Origin: Omnitrophica WOR_2 bacterium RIFOXYA2_FULL_38_17
GTDB lineage: Bacteria; Omnitrophota; Gorgyraeia; Zapsychrales; Zapsychraceae
Assembly: GCA_001805965.1 (NCBI GenBank)
Contig: MHHG01000027.1
Location: forward strand, 477-64,476
Length of the DNA: 64,000 nt
Direction: 5' to 3'
Below are positions 30,309 to 41,944 of this stretch, piece after piece. The notes under the pieces were generated by a model. It saw nothing but the letters and a program-made list of their open reading frames with translations. It was not told the origin of the DNA and searched no databases. Numbering within the stretch: the first letter of the stretch is position 1; each line of letters opens with the position of its first letter. The position numbers were made by a program, and so were the translations under genes.

Positions 30309-30881
30309 TTAAACTATTATTTCATCAAGCATTATTTCTTCTAATTCTTTAATAGCTTTACTCAAGTTATCATTAATCACAATATATTTATATTTTTTTT
30401 CTTCTTTCATCTCGCTTTTTGCAGTTTTAAGCCTCAAATCCGTTGTTTTTTTGTTTTCAGAGCCCCTTCCTGCCAATCTGTTTTTCAAATCTGCAAAAGA
30501 AGGTGTTCTAACAAAGATAGTTATGGCTGCAGGGAAAATTTTTACGACATCTTTAGCCCCTTTTACATCAATACATAACAGGACATCCTTGCCTCTACTA
30601 AGCGTTTCTTTAACCACTCTCTTTGGCGTCCCATAATAATTATCAAAAACTTTTTTTGACTCTAAAAAATGTCCTCTTCTTTTTTTATATAAAAACATTT
30701 TTTTACTAACAAAGAAATAATCACGACCTAGCTTCTCGCCTGCTCTTTTTTGTCTTGTTGTTACAGAAACCATCTTGATAATTCTTTTCTTTATATTCGT
30801 TTCTTGTAAAACTTTTTCACATAGCGTAGTTTTTCCAGAGCCAGAAGGTCCAGAAATAATAAATATTTTTCCAGATTTCAT
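30309..30881 (-). CDS. gmk: Guanylate kinase
   Basis: SGPSGSGKTT, TTRQKRAGE, YYGTP. Confidence 0.95.
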   Translation of the reverse strand: MKSGKIFIISGPSGSGKTTLCEKVLQETNIKKRIIKMVSVTTRQKRAGEKLGRDYFFVSKKMFLYKKRRGHFLESKKVFDNYYGTPKRVVKETLSRGKDVLLCIDVKGAKDVVKIFPAAITIFVRTPSFADLKNRLAGRGSENKKTTDLRLKTAKSEMKEEKKYKYIVINDNLSKAIKELEEIMLDEIIV

Positions 30882-30888
30882 TCTTTGA

Positions 30889-31710
30889 TTACTCTATATT
30901 TTGAGATTGTTCTCTGATTTTTTCAATTTTGCTTTTCAGGGCAATAACAGCGTTTGACACTGCTGAATCCTGCAGCTTTGACCCAATAGTATTTGTTTCT
31001 CTTTGCATTTCTTGAGCAATAAAATCCATTTTTTTCCCGACCGGAACAGTTTTTGTGAGAAGGCTTTTCACTTCCTCGATATAATGTGTAAGCCTTGTCA
31101 TCTCTTCTTCAATGTCAATATTCTTTTGATAGGACTTGAATTCCTCAGGTGTTAAAGTTTTCTTTTTCTGCTTTAATATTGCCTCGGTTCTAGTCCTAAT
31201 TTTCTTAACCTGCACAAGCATTTTCTTTGCCTTATCCCCAACATCTGCCTCTAAACTTTTTCCTTCTTTTTTTCTCATAACCATCAAATTATTTAAGGCA
31301 ACCTCTATCCCTTTTTCCATTTCTGGCCAAATAGACTCTGCCTTAACAAGAACTTCATTGTTCTCTAAAACTCCAGGCATATTAATAAGATCTGAAAGCT
31401 TTAGATCATTTTCGAGCTTAAAAGTCTTTTGCAAGATTTGAGCAGCATTTAAATAATTTTTTGCAACTGCTTTGTTTAAAGTTATCACCGAATCCGGCTT
31501 TTTTGTAATTCTCACAGAAAGAGTTATTCGTCCACGCTTAATGCTTTTTTGCAATAACTGGTATATCTTGTTCTCTAAAGAAGCAAATCCAGTCGGCAAA
31601 TAATAGCTAGCATCAAAGTATCTGTGGTTAACACTTTTAATTTCAACTGTTGCCCTGTTTTTTCCCTTTACTAACTGCGCTGATCCAAAACCAGTCATTC
31701 CCTTTATCAT
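30889..31710 (-). CDS. YicC/YloC family endoribonuclease
   Basis: MTGFG, EIKSVNHRY, QEMQRETNTIGSK, EKIREQSQNIE. Confidence 0.92.
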   Translation of the reverse strand: MIKGMTGFGSAQLVKGKNRATVEIKSVNHRYFDASYYLPTGFASLENKIYQLLQKSIKRGRITLSVRITKKPDSVITLNKAVAKNYLNAAQILQKTFKLENDLKLSDLINMPGVLENNEVLVKAESIWPEMEKGIEVALNNLMVMRKKEGKSLEADVGDKAKKMLVQVKKIRTRTEAILKQKKKTLTPEEFKSYQKNIDIEEEMTRLTHYIEEVKSLLTKTVPVGKKMDFIAQEMQRETNTIGSKLQDSAVSNAVIALKSKIEKIREQSQNIE

Positions 31711-31718
31711 CTTTTCTC

Positions 31719-32573
31719 CTATTGCTTTAAAACGTTTATCAGTCTATCAAGATCGTCTAGAGAGTAATATTCTATGATGATTTTTCCGCGTTTTTTTTGT
31801 GCCATAACCCGCACTTTTGTACCCAAGGCTCTCTGAAGCTCCTCTTCCAAAGAAACGATTTCATGGTTCCTTTCTGTTGGCCTCTTATCTCTATGGGACG
31901 CTTCTTTATTTCCTTTTTTGATCAAGTTCTCTAGCTCTCTGACGGATAATCCTTTTGCCAAAACCAAATCAAACAATCTTTTTCTTTCCGTTTCTGAGAT
32001 CTCCCCAAGTAGAGTTCTTGCATGTCCGGCGGATAAATCACCATTGAAAACACTTTTTTGCATTTCTTGAGGTAACCTTAACAATCGTAATATGTTACCT
32101 ACCGTAGAACGGTCTTTGCCAACTGCTCTCGCAACAGCATCTTGAGTAAAATTAAATTGCTCTATCATTTTCTGATAAGCAAGAGCCTCTTCTATTGGGT
32201 TCAGCTCTTCTCTTTGAATGTTCTCGACGAGGGCTATTATAAAAGCTTCCTTGTCGTCAACATTTTTTATTAGAACAGGAACTTCTTGAAGGTTTAAAGC
32301 TCTTGCCGCCTTAAGGCGCCTCTCTCCTGCAACCACCTCATACCTAGCATCCTTTTTTCTAACAAGGATTGGCTGTAGAACGCCGTTCTCTTCTATCGAG
32401 GCCTTTAGCTCATCTAGCTCTTCTTTTCCATAATTTTTTCTTGGCTGTTGGGTGCTGTTAATTATTAAATCTGTTTTTATATATGCAACCGACGAGGAAT
32501 CTGACGTATTCTCAGATTCAGCTTTACCAGGAATTAAAGCAGACAATCCTTTTCCTAATGCCCTATTTTGCAT
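31719..32573 (-). CDS. parB: Chromosome partitioning protein ParB
   Basis: ALGKGLSALI, VAGERRLKA, ENIQREELNPIEEA. Confidence 0.95.
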   Translation of the reverse strand: MQNRALGKGLSALIPGKAESENTSDSSSVAYIKTDLIINSTQQPRKNYGKEELDELKASIEENGVLQPILVRKKDARYEVVAGERRLKAARALNLQEVPVLIKNVDDKEAFIIALVENIQREELNPIEEALAYQKMIEQFNFTQDAVARAVGKDRSTVGNILRLLRLPQEMQKSVFNGDLSAGHARTLLGEISETERKRLFDLVLAKGLSVRELENLIKKGNKEASHRDKRPTERNHEIVSLEEELQRALGTKVRVMAQKKRGKIIIEYYSLDDLDRLINVLKQ

Positions 32574-32618
32574 TTCTTCTCCTTATATCGTTCATTATTA
32601 AAACAGTCCCAAACTCTA

Positions 32619-33455
32619 TTATTGCCCTTCTTCCATTGTCCCAACAGAAGCATCTCTTTTTCTTAAGTCGTTTATTTCCAATAGTTTAGACCCATATTCT
32701 TCCGGCAACAACTCCTTAGCCAAGTCCATATACTTTATAGCCCCGACAGACGTCTTCTCATAATAATTGATTGGTTTACCATGACTAGGCGCCTCGCTCA
32801 ATCTGATATTTCTAGGGATGACTGTCTTGTAAACCTTCTCTTTAAAATATTCTTTAATTTCACCAATAACTTCTGCTGTAAGATTTGTCCTATAATCAGC
32901 CATTGTCAGGAGAACGCCTTCAACCATTAGCCTAGGATTTAAACTTTCCTTAATGAGCCTTATAGTTTTTACAAGCTGCGAAACCCCTTCAAGCGCATAA
33001 AACTCACATTGAATAGGAATCATTATAGAATCACTTGCAACCAACGAATTGAGTGTTAGCAATCCCAATGATGGAGGCGAGTCAATAAAAACAAAATCAT
33101 ACTCATCTTTAATCTCATCTAGAGCCCTCTTTAATCGTGTCTCCCTTGAAAAAGCGCCAACAAGCTCTATTTCTGCTCCAGTTAAATTAATGTTGCAGGG
33201 AATAATGTCCAAATTGGGAAAAACTGTATGAATTATAACATCTTTAGTAGTAACTTTACTTAACAAAAGATCGTAAACAGATATTTCTAGCTCATTTTTA
33301 TTAATACCTACCCCGCTAGTTGCATTACCTTGTGGATCGGAATCAACAATCAGTATTTTCTTTCCAAGCTCTGCTAATGACGAGGACAGGTTTACCGTTG
33401 TTGTTGTCTTGCCTGTCCCACCTTTTTGATTACAAATTGAAATGATTTTTGACAT
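32619..33455 (-). CDS. parA: Chromosome partitioning ATPase ParA/Soj
   Basis: NQKGGTGKTTT, DPQGNATSG, QCEFYALEG, LSEAPSHG. Confidence 0.95.
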   Translation of the reverse strand: MSKIISICNQKGGTGKTTTTVNLSSSLAELGKKILIVDSDPQGNATSGVGINKNELEISVYDLLLSKVTTKDVIIHTVFPNLDIIPCNINLTGAEIELVGAFSRETRLKRALDEIKDEYDFVFIDSPPSLGLLTLNSLVASDSIMIPIQCEFYALEGVSQLVKTIRLIKESLNPRLMVEGVLLTMADYRTNLTAEVIGEIKEYFKEKVYKTVIPRNIRLSEAPSHGKPINYYEKTSVGAIKYMDLAKELLPEEYGSKLLEINDLRKRDASVGTMEEGQ

Positions 33456-33499
33456 TGGATTTTATGATATGAGCTTAATTTAGTGCTTGCCCTATGAAA

Positions 33500-33515
33500 T
33501 GTTTCACGTGGAACA
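33500..33515. promoter_or_regulatory. parS site
   Basis: TGTTTCACGTGGAACA matches the parS palindrome; upstream of parA. Confidence 0.9.
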
Positions 33516-33535
33516 CTAAAAAAACATTTTAATAC

Positions 33536-33551
33536 TGTTTCACGTGAAACA
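33536..33551. promoter_or_regulatory. parS site
   Basis: Perfect palindrome TGTTTCACGTGAAACA. Confidence 0.92.
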
Positions 33552-33641
33552 ATATTTCTTTTTACGGAAAGAACTCTTTATAGTTTGGCAAGCATTGCTA
33601 GTTATACGACTATTCTTATTTTCTAATAAAAAATAAAAATT

Positions 33642-33848
33642 TCAAGTATTTTTATCTTTTTCTTTGATAGACACTATTATCTTTGCGGGTTTCTCTCCCT
33701 CCATGCCAAACAAACCCTTCTTCTCTTCACAAACAATTTTAATCAAAACCTCGTCTCTGGTTGCCTTAAGAAGCTTTAGTGCCTTGTTTATAGCATCTTC
33801 TACCGTGCTTCCCTCTATTTCAATACTCTTTGGTAAGTTTTCATCCAT
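33642..33848 (-). CDS. Stand-alone Jag N-terminal domain protein
   Basis: IEIEGSTVEDAINKAL...EEKKGLFG...KPAKI-x-V; downstream of yidC; no KH or R3H domain. Confidence 0.8.
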   Translation of the reverse strand: MDENLPKSIEIEGSTVEDAINKALKLLKATRDEVLIKIVCEEKKGLFGMEGEKPAKIIVSIKEKDKNT

Positions 33849-35504
33849 TTACACCACCTTTGGCTCTTTGGACATTTTCCACTGAGTAAACGTTGAAAAA
33901 AGATAAAACATTGTAAAATACAAAGTCAGTCCGCTTGCAAATTTATAAAAGATAAAGCCTAAAAACAAAGGAAAAATCCTGCTCATCATTTTTTGCTGAG
34001 CAAGTTGAGCAGGATCGGCAGCTGTCATATTTTGTGTTGATAATTTTTGTTGAAAATACATAACTATCATCATGATTAGAGGCAAAATATTGATTTCATT
34101 ACCAATAATAGGAATGTTTTGTGGCCATGTGGGAGGAAAAACAAACAATCTATCTGGCGCAGATAAATCCTTTATCCATAAAAATCCTGCCCCTTTTAAA
34201 GAAACAGAGCGCCATAAAACTTGATATAGCCCAATAAAAACCGGCATTTGCAGTAGCATCGGCAAGCATCCGCCCAATGGATTAATCTTGTTTTCTTTAT
34301 ATATTTTCATCATTTCCTCATTCATTTTCTGAGGATTGTTTTTATATTTTTCCTTTAAAGCGTTGACCATTGGTTGCATAGATTGCATTCTCTTCATTGA
34401 CACCATTGACCTTTTTGTTAAAGGATACATCGAAAAATAAATCACAACGCTTATTAAAAGAATACATACTCCCCAGTTTGGAACAATATTATACATTAAA
34501 TCCATAATTGAATGTATAAACTTTGCAATTGTGTCAAATAGGCCAAAACGATAATATTTCCTAATTTTTTCAAAAGAATAATCAAACTTTTTCAATATAC
34601 TTAACTTTTCAGGCCCAAAATAGCAAATAAACGATAGAGATTCTTCCTGATCCTTACTTCCATTTACAAACAGTGGCTCTATTTCTACCTTAAGCCTTTC
34701 CTTATCAATAGGATTCAGAGAAAAACCTTTTGTTTCAAATAAAGGCTTAAATATGGCGCAGTAATATCTGTTCCTAAAACCAACCCAATTAATGCTATCC
34801 TGCTTTACCATCCTATCTTTAGGTGAAAACTTAAAAGCATTGTTTTTTCTAATCATTTCTTTTGTAGAAAAAACAACATATTCATTTAACGATTTATCTG
34901 TTGATCTAGAAGAATCTCCTCCATGCTTACTCACACCATTGTCCAGACTGGACATATCAGCTGTGTATATTCCAATTGCCAGTTCTGACAGATTGGACAT
35001 TTTAGTCTTTCCTACAATCGAAATATCTACCTGAACGGAATAATCCTCTTTTCCCAAAACAAAGTTTTTAGTAACCAAATAATTTTCATCTTCATATGTA
35101 TAAGAAACTGATCTGTCAGTTTTTTCAGTAAGAACAAATTCTACATTTTCAAGACCAAAAACACTACCTATTTTATTCAAAGGTAGCATCTCTTCATATT
35201 TTTTAATAAAAACACTATCTAGAGTTCCTCCAATATTTGAAGTTCCTAAATCAAGCGTGTCTCCCTCAATCAATGATATTTTTTTGTTTTTAAAATCCAC
35301 CTGCAGAGGAAGAGAATCCGATTCATTGTCCATGGATGTCTCTTGTTCGTCAGAAGGGAGGGGCTTTAATATATCCTGTTGCCCTGAAATAGTTTGCGTT
35401 TTCTCAATATTGGAAGTATTCTTAACTGGTTTTGGCGTGACAGCTTGCCATAGATATAATGTTAAAAATGACAAAATCACAGCTAATAAAAATCTTTTTT
35501 CCAT
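33849..35504 (-). CDS. yidC: Membrane protein insertase YidC
   Basis: NWGVCII, NPLGGCLPMLLQMPVF, FLWIKDLSAPD, SGLTLY. Confidence 0.95.
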   Translation of the reverse strand: MEKRFLLAVILSFLTLYLWQAVTPKPVKNTSNIEKTQTISGQQDILKPLPSDEQETSMDNESDSLPLQVDFKNKKISLIEGDTLDLGTSNIGGTLDSVFIKKYEEMLPLNKIGSVFGLENVEFVLTEKTDRSVSYTYEDENYLVTKNFVLGKEDYSVQVDISIVGKTKMSNLSELAIGIYTADMSSLDNGVSKHGGDSSRSTDKSLNEYVVFSTKEMIRKNNAFKFSPKDRMVKQDSINWVGFRNRYYCAIFKPLFETKGFSLNPIDKERLKVEIEPLFVNGSKDQEESLSFICYFGPEKLSILKKFDYSFEKIRKYYRFGLFDTIAKFIHSIMDLMYNIVPNWGVCILLISVVIYFSMYPLTKRSMVSMKRMQSMQPMVNALKEKYKNNPQKMNEEMMKIYKENKINPLGGCLPMLLQMPVFIGLYQVLWRSVSLKGAGFLWIKDLSAPDRLFVFPPTWPQNIPIIGNEINILPLIMMIVMYFQQKLSTQNMTAADPAQLAQQKMMSRIFPLFLGFIFYKFASGLTLYFTMFYLFSTFTQWKMSKEPKVV

Positions 35505-35698
35505 AATGTATTATAATCCTTGCTTGGGTCTAACAGTGTTTAGACAGAACGAGTCGTATTACCTGTTTTCCAAAAATTGTATTTGATAATCAGGGGATCT
35601 GTTTGAATTTGTATGTTTAAATTGGCAAATAATGCTTTTTAACATAATCTCGGTCTACACAGTGCTTTTCAAAAACAGATTTATTGGCCTGTTTGGAA

Positions 35699-35836
35699 TT
35701 ATTTGGTTAACTGTTTTCGACCTTTAGCGCGGCGCCGATTAAGAACTTCTTGACCATCGCTAGTTTGCATTCTTTTTCGAAAGCCGTGCGCTCTTTTGCC
35801 TTTTATATTTGTAGGTGTCTTTAAATGCTTTTTCAT
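35699..35836 (-). CDS. rpmH: 50S ribosomal protein L34
   Basis: Not in ORF track. [45 protein letters not shown]; divergent from dnaA. Confidence 0.93.
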   Translation of the reverse strand: MKKHLKTPTNIKGKRAHGFRKRMQTSDGQEVLNRRRAKGRKQLTK

Positions 35837-36304
35837 AATTTGTAGATTATATCACACGACTTTTTATAGTCAAGCGATTTCAATATGCTTTAAAAACAAA
35901 ACTTGTTAAATTACAATATCTAGCGAAAAATCAATATTAACTTTTTTATCGACGATAATAATTCGAACTATAATCAATTTTACCCTGCTCAAACAATTAA
36001 AACATAAAAATACTTCTTGTTTCTATTGTTAAACGGTTCATAAGCCTAATATTTGCTAGTGTTTTAGTGTCAGCAAAATATTTAATTTGAAATAAAAATT
36101 TTCTCTGTTATAATATGGCACTTTAGTTATATTTTATTGCGCTTCCAATAAGTCTGTTGTTACCATGACTTTTTTGTTGCAATTTAGCATTAACTCTTGT
36201 AATCTTTGGTACAAGGGGCCGAAATATAACACAATCGGTTTTATTCTTTAACAAGTCGCTTTGCCAATACTTGCCGTAAAGTAATCCATTATATCGGGGC
36301 TAAA

Positions 36305-36369
36305 GAATCCACACCTGTGGAAAACTTGTTAATACTGTTATTGTTTCTGTAATTCATTTATTTTCAACA
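36305..36369. promoter_or_regulatory. Cluster of DnaA-box-like sites upstream of dnaA
   Basis: GAATCCACA (36305), TGTGGAAAA (36316), TGTTAATAC (36327), TTTTCAACA (36361); 1-3 mismatches to TTATCCACA. Confidence 0.6.
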
Positions 36370-36434
36370 TATTACGTCTTTGCAAATTAATCTTTTAAAC
36401 TTTAACTCCTCGTAAGAATCAGGAACTTGCTTAA

Positions 36435-37769
36435 ATGTCTCTAAAAGCTGTTTGGGAAAATTCACAAAAAACTATAAAAGAAAAAATCGGTACAGCTTCT
36501 TATGATACCTGGTTTACTTCAATACAAATCAAAGAAACTTCTCCTCAAACGCTTTCTTTGGAAGCTCCTGATGATTTTTTTAAAAACTGGATAGTCGAAC
36601 ATTATAAAGTGCTGCTCGAGGAAATCCTTTCATCAGCAGCTTCTTTTGCTGTAAATCTGGAGTTTAAAGTAAATCCTGCTGTTTTAGAGGAGGCTCCCCG
36701 AGAGCAAGCTTCCATCTTTCAAAAAGAGTACAACAGTTTCACTAATGACACAACCAATCTAAATTCAAGGTTTACTTTTGATAATTTTGTCATCGGGCCA
36801 TCAAATCGATTTGCTTGTGCCGCTAGTCTGGCCGTCGCTGAATCTCCGGCTAAAGCATATAATCCGCTATTCATTTATGGCCAGGTCGGCTTGGGAAAAA
36901 CTCATTTGATACAAGCTATCTCTCAAAAAATATTGGAACTGAATTCAAACTTAAAAATCTGCTACAAGTCTTCCGAACAATTTACAAACGAATTGATAGA
37001 CGCTATACGACATAGATCAACGCCGGAGTTTAGAAAAAAATACCGCGAAATTGATGTTTTGCTTATTGATGATATACAATTTATCGCCGGCAAGGACTCT
37101 ACGCAAGAAGAGTTTTTCCATACATTTAATAATTTACATAACAATAGAAAACAGCTAATCATTACTTCTGACAGGCCTCCAAAGGAAATAGCAAAACTTG
37201 AAGAGCGCCTAAGTTCCAGATTTGCCTGGGGATTAATTGCAGATATTCAGCCTCCGGACTATGAAACAAGAGTGGCGATCTTAAAGAAAAAAATAGAACA
37301 TGAACCCCTTGCTGTGCCAGATGAAGTGATTCATTACATCGCGGATAAAATTAAAACCAATATAAGGGAACTTGAAGGAGCATTAATAAGAGTAACCGCT
37401 TATTCATTGTTGGAAGAAAAACCATTAACGTTTGAAATGGCAAGAAGTATCTTAAAAGATATGATAAAGGAAACAGCGAAAATTATTAGCATTGAGATGG
37501 TACAAAAAATGGTAGCTGAACGCTTTAATGTCACTTTGAATGAACTGAAATCAAATAAAAGAAACAAAAATATAGTTATGCCTAGACAAATTGCCATGTA
37601 TTTAGCCAGACAATTAACTCAGCTATCTTTGCCGGAAATAGGGGGGGCTTTTGGAGGTAAAGACCATACAACAGTTTTACACTCTTGTAAAAAGATTGTA
37701 AAAGATTTAGAATTAAACGCTGAACTAAAAAATTCTATCAACGGGTTATTGTTTGATTTAAAGCAATGA
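36435..37769 (+). CDS. dnaA: Chromosomal replication initiator DnaA
   Basis: YNPLFIYGQVGLGKTHL, LLIDDIQF, QEEFFHTFN, NIRELEGAL, DHTTVLH. Confidence 0.97.
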   Translation: MSLKAVWENSQKTIKEKIGTASYDTWFTSIQIKETSPQTLSLEAPDDFFKNWIVEHYKVLLEEILSSAASFAVNLEFKVNPAVLEEAPREQASIFQKEYNSFTNDTTNLNSRFTFDNFVIGPSNRFACAASLAVAESPAKAYNPLFIYGQVGLGKTHLIQAISQKILELNSNLKICYKSSEQFTNELIDAIRHRSTPEFRKKYREIDVLLIDDIQFIAGKDSTQEEFFHTFNNLHNNRKQLIITSDRPPKEIAKLEERLSSRFAWGLIADIQPPDYETRVAILKKKIEHEPLAVPDEVIHYIADKIKTNIRELEGALIRVTAYSLLEEKPLTFEMARSILKDMIKETAKIISIEMVQKMVAERFNVTLNELKSNKRNKNIVMPRQIAMYLARQLTQLSLPEIGGAFGGKDHTTVLHSCKKIVKDLELNAELKNSINGLLFDLKQ

Positions 37770-37911
37770 TTAAGTGTTTGTATGCAAGATTTTAACAGCC
37801 AAATTGTTCTTAAATAATTGAAATATAATCACTTTACACCTTGTTCGAATTATTAACAGGTACTACGTATACGATTACTATTTAGATCTTTAACTTAGTT
37901 ATAGGAAGGAA
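37770..37911. other. Putative oriC unwinding element (DnaA boxes plus DnaA-trio-like run)
   Basis: TGTTCGAAT/TTATTAACA (37842-37858) then GG-TACTACGTATACGATTACTAT, resembling the box + trio layout of dnaA-dnaN origins; gene orientation flips in this region. Confidence 0.65.
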
Positions 37912-39009
37912 ATGAATAAGATGAAACTAAAAATGAAAAGAGATGATCTCCTAATAGGTATTCAAACTGTACAGAATGTTGTATCGAGTAAAGCAACACT
38001 ACCTATTCTATCTAATGTATTATTAGAGATTAGCAATAATATTCTGAAATTAAATGCAACAGATTTGGATATTGGGATTTCCTGTGCAATACCTGTGGAA
38101 TCTATTGAAGAAGGAGCAATAACTATTCCTGCAAAAAGATTTAGCGATATAATTAAAGAATTGCCTGTTGGGGATGTCAATATTTATGCAAAGAAAAACA
38201 ATCAAATTGATATTGAAGGAAAAAATTGTAGATTTAAGTTGAATGGTCTTCCAAAAGAGGAATTTCCAAAATTTCCAGAATTTAAAGACAATGAGATGAT
38301 CAGAATTCAACAGGCAGATCTAAAAGAAATGTTTAAATTAACCTCTTTTGCCGCGTCTCATGAGGAATCAAGGTATGTTTTAAATGGAGTTTTAATTGAA
38401 TTATCAGATGACCTTATAAGAATAGTTGCAACTGATGGTAGAAGATTGGCGAAAATTGAAAAAAAATTAAATTCTTCTATTAAAAAAGAGGTTAGTGTTA
38501 TTATTCCAATAAAAGCAGTGCAGGAAATCAACAGAAATCTCAAGGAAGAAGGGGAAGTCTCCTTTATTATAGGTACAAATCAAATTTTGTTCGATATTGA
38601 TGGAGTTTTGATTGCAACCAGGGTAATTGAGGGGGAATTTCCTAATTATAACCAAGTTATTCCAAAACCAATCAAAACAAAGGTCAATGTTAACACAAAA
38701 GATTTTCTTTATACTATTAAAAGGGCAAATTTATTAGCAACACCTGATTTTCAAGCGGTTAAATTCGAGATTTTTAATGATAAAATGGTTGTTTCTAAAC
38801 ATACTCCTGATGTTGGAGAATCGAGAGAAGAAATTCCTATTGAATATACTGGTCCGGAATTTATAGTTGGTTTTAATCCTGTTTTTCTAATTGATTTTTT
38901 AAAAAATATTAATAAAGAAACAATTGGTATTGAATTTTTAGGTCCTGATAAACCCGCAGTTATAAGGATAGATGATTATTTGTATTTAGCCTTACCAATG
39001 AGAATATAG
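37912..39009 (+). CDS. dnaN: DNA polymerase III beta clamp
   Basis: LPILSNV, ATDLD, VATDGRRLA, GEFPNY, LPMRI. Confidence 0.96.
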   Translation: MNKMKLKMKRDDLLIGIQTVQNVVSSKATLPILSNVLLEISNNILKLNATDLDIGISCAIPVESIEEGAITIPAKRFSDIIKELPVGDVNIYAKKNNQIDIEGKNCRFKLNGLPKEEFPKFPEFKDNEMIRIQQADLKEMFKLTSFAASHEESRYVLNGVLIELSDDLIRIVATDGRRLAKIEKKLNSSIKKEVSVIIPIKAVQEINRNLKEEGEVSFIIGTNQILFDIDGVLIATRVIEGEFPNYNQVIPKPIKTKVNVNTKDFLYTIKRANLLATPDFQAVKFEIFNDKMVVSKHTPDVGESREEIPIEYTGPEFIVGFNPVFLIDFLKNINKETIGIEFLGPDKPAVIRIDDYLYLALPMRI

Positions 39010-39111
39010 TGATTTTTAGCATAATTTGTGCATAAACAACAGGGTAGCCTAGGTGTCAATAGGATTGCAAAATAAAAAAAATAATAAATTGATAGATTGA
39101 AAATTGTTTTT

Positions 39112-41897
<2,786 letters not shown>

Positions 41898-41944
41898 AAA
41901 AGAGAGTTAAAGATTCAAGAATATAGAGAGAAAGGTGTTTTTTA

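Noticed and set aside
33586-33600. Sigma54-like TGGCA...TTGC upstream of parA
   Set aside because: GG-to-GC spacing is 8 nt rather than the required 10.
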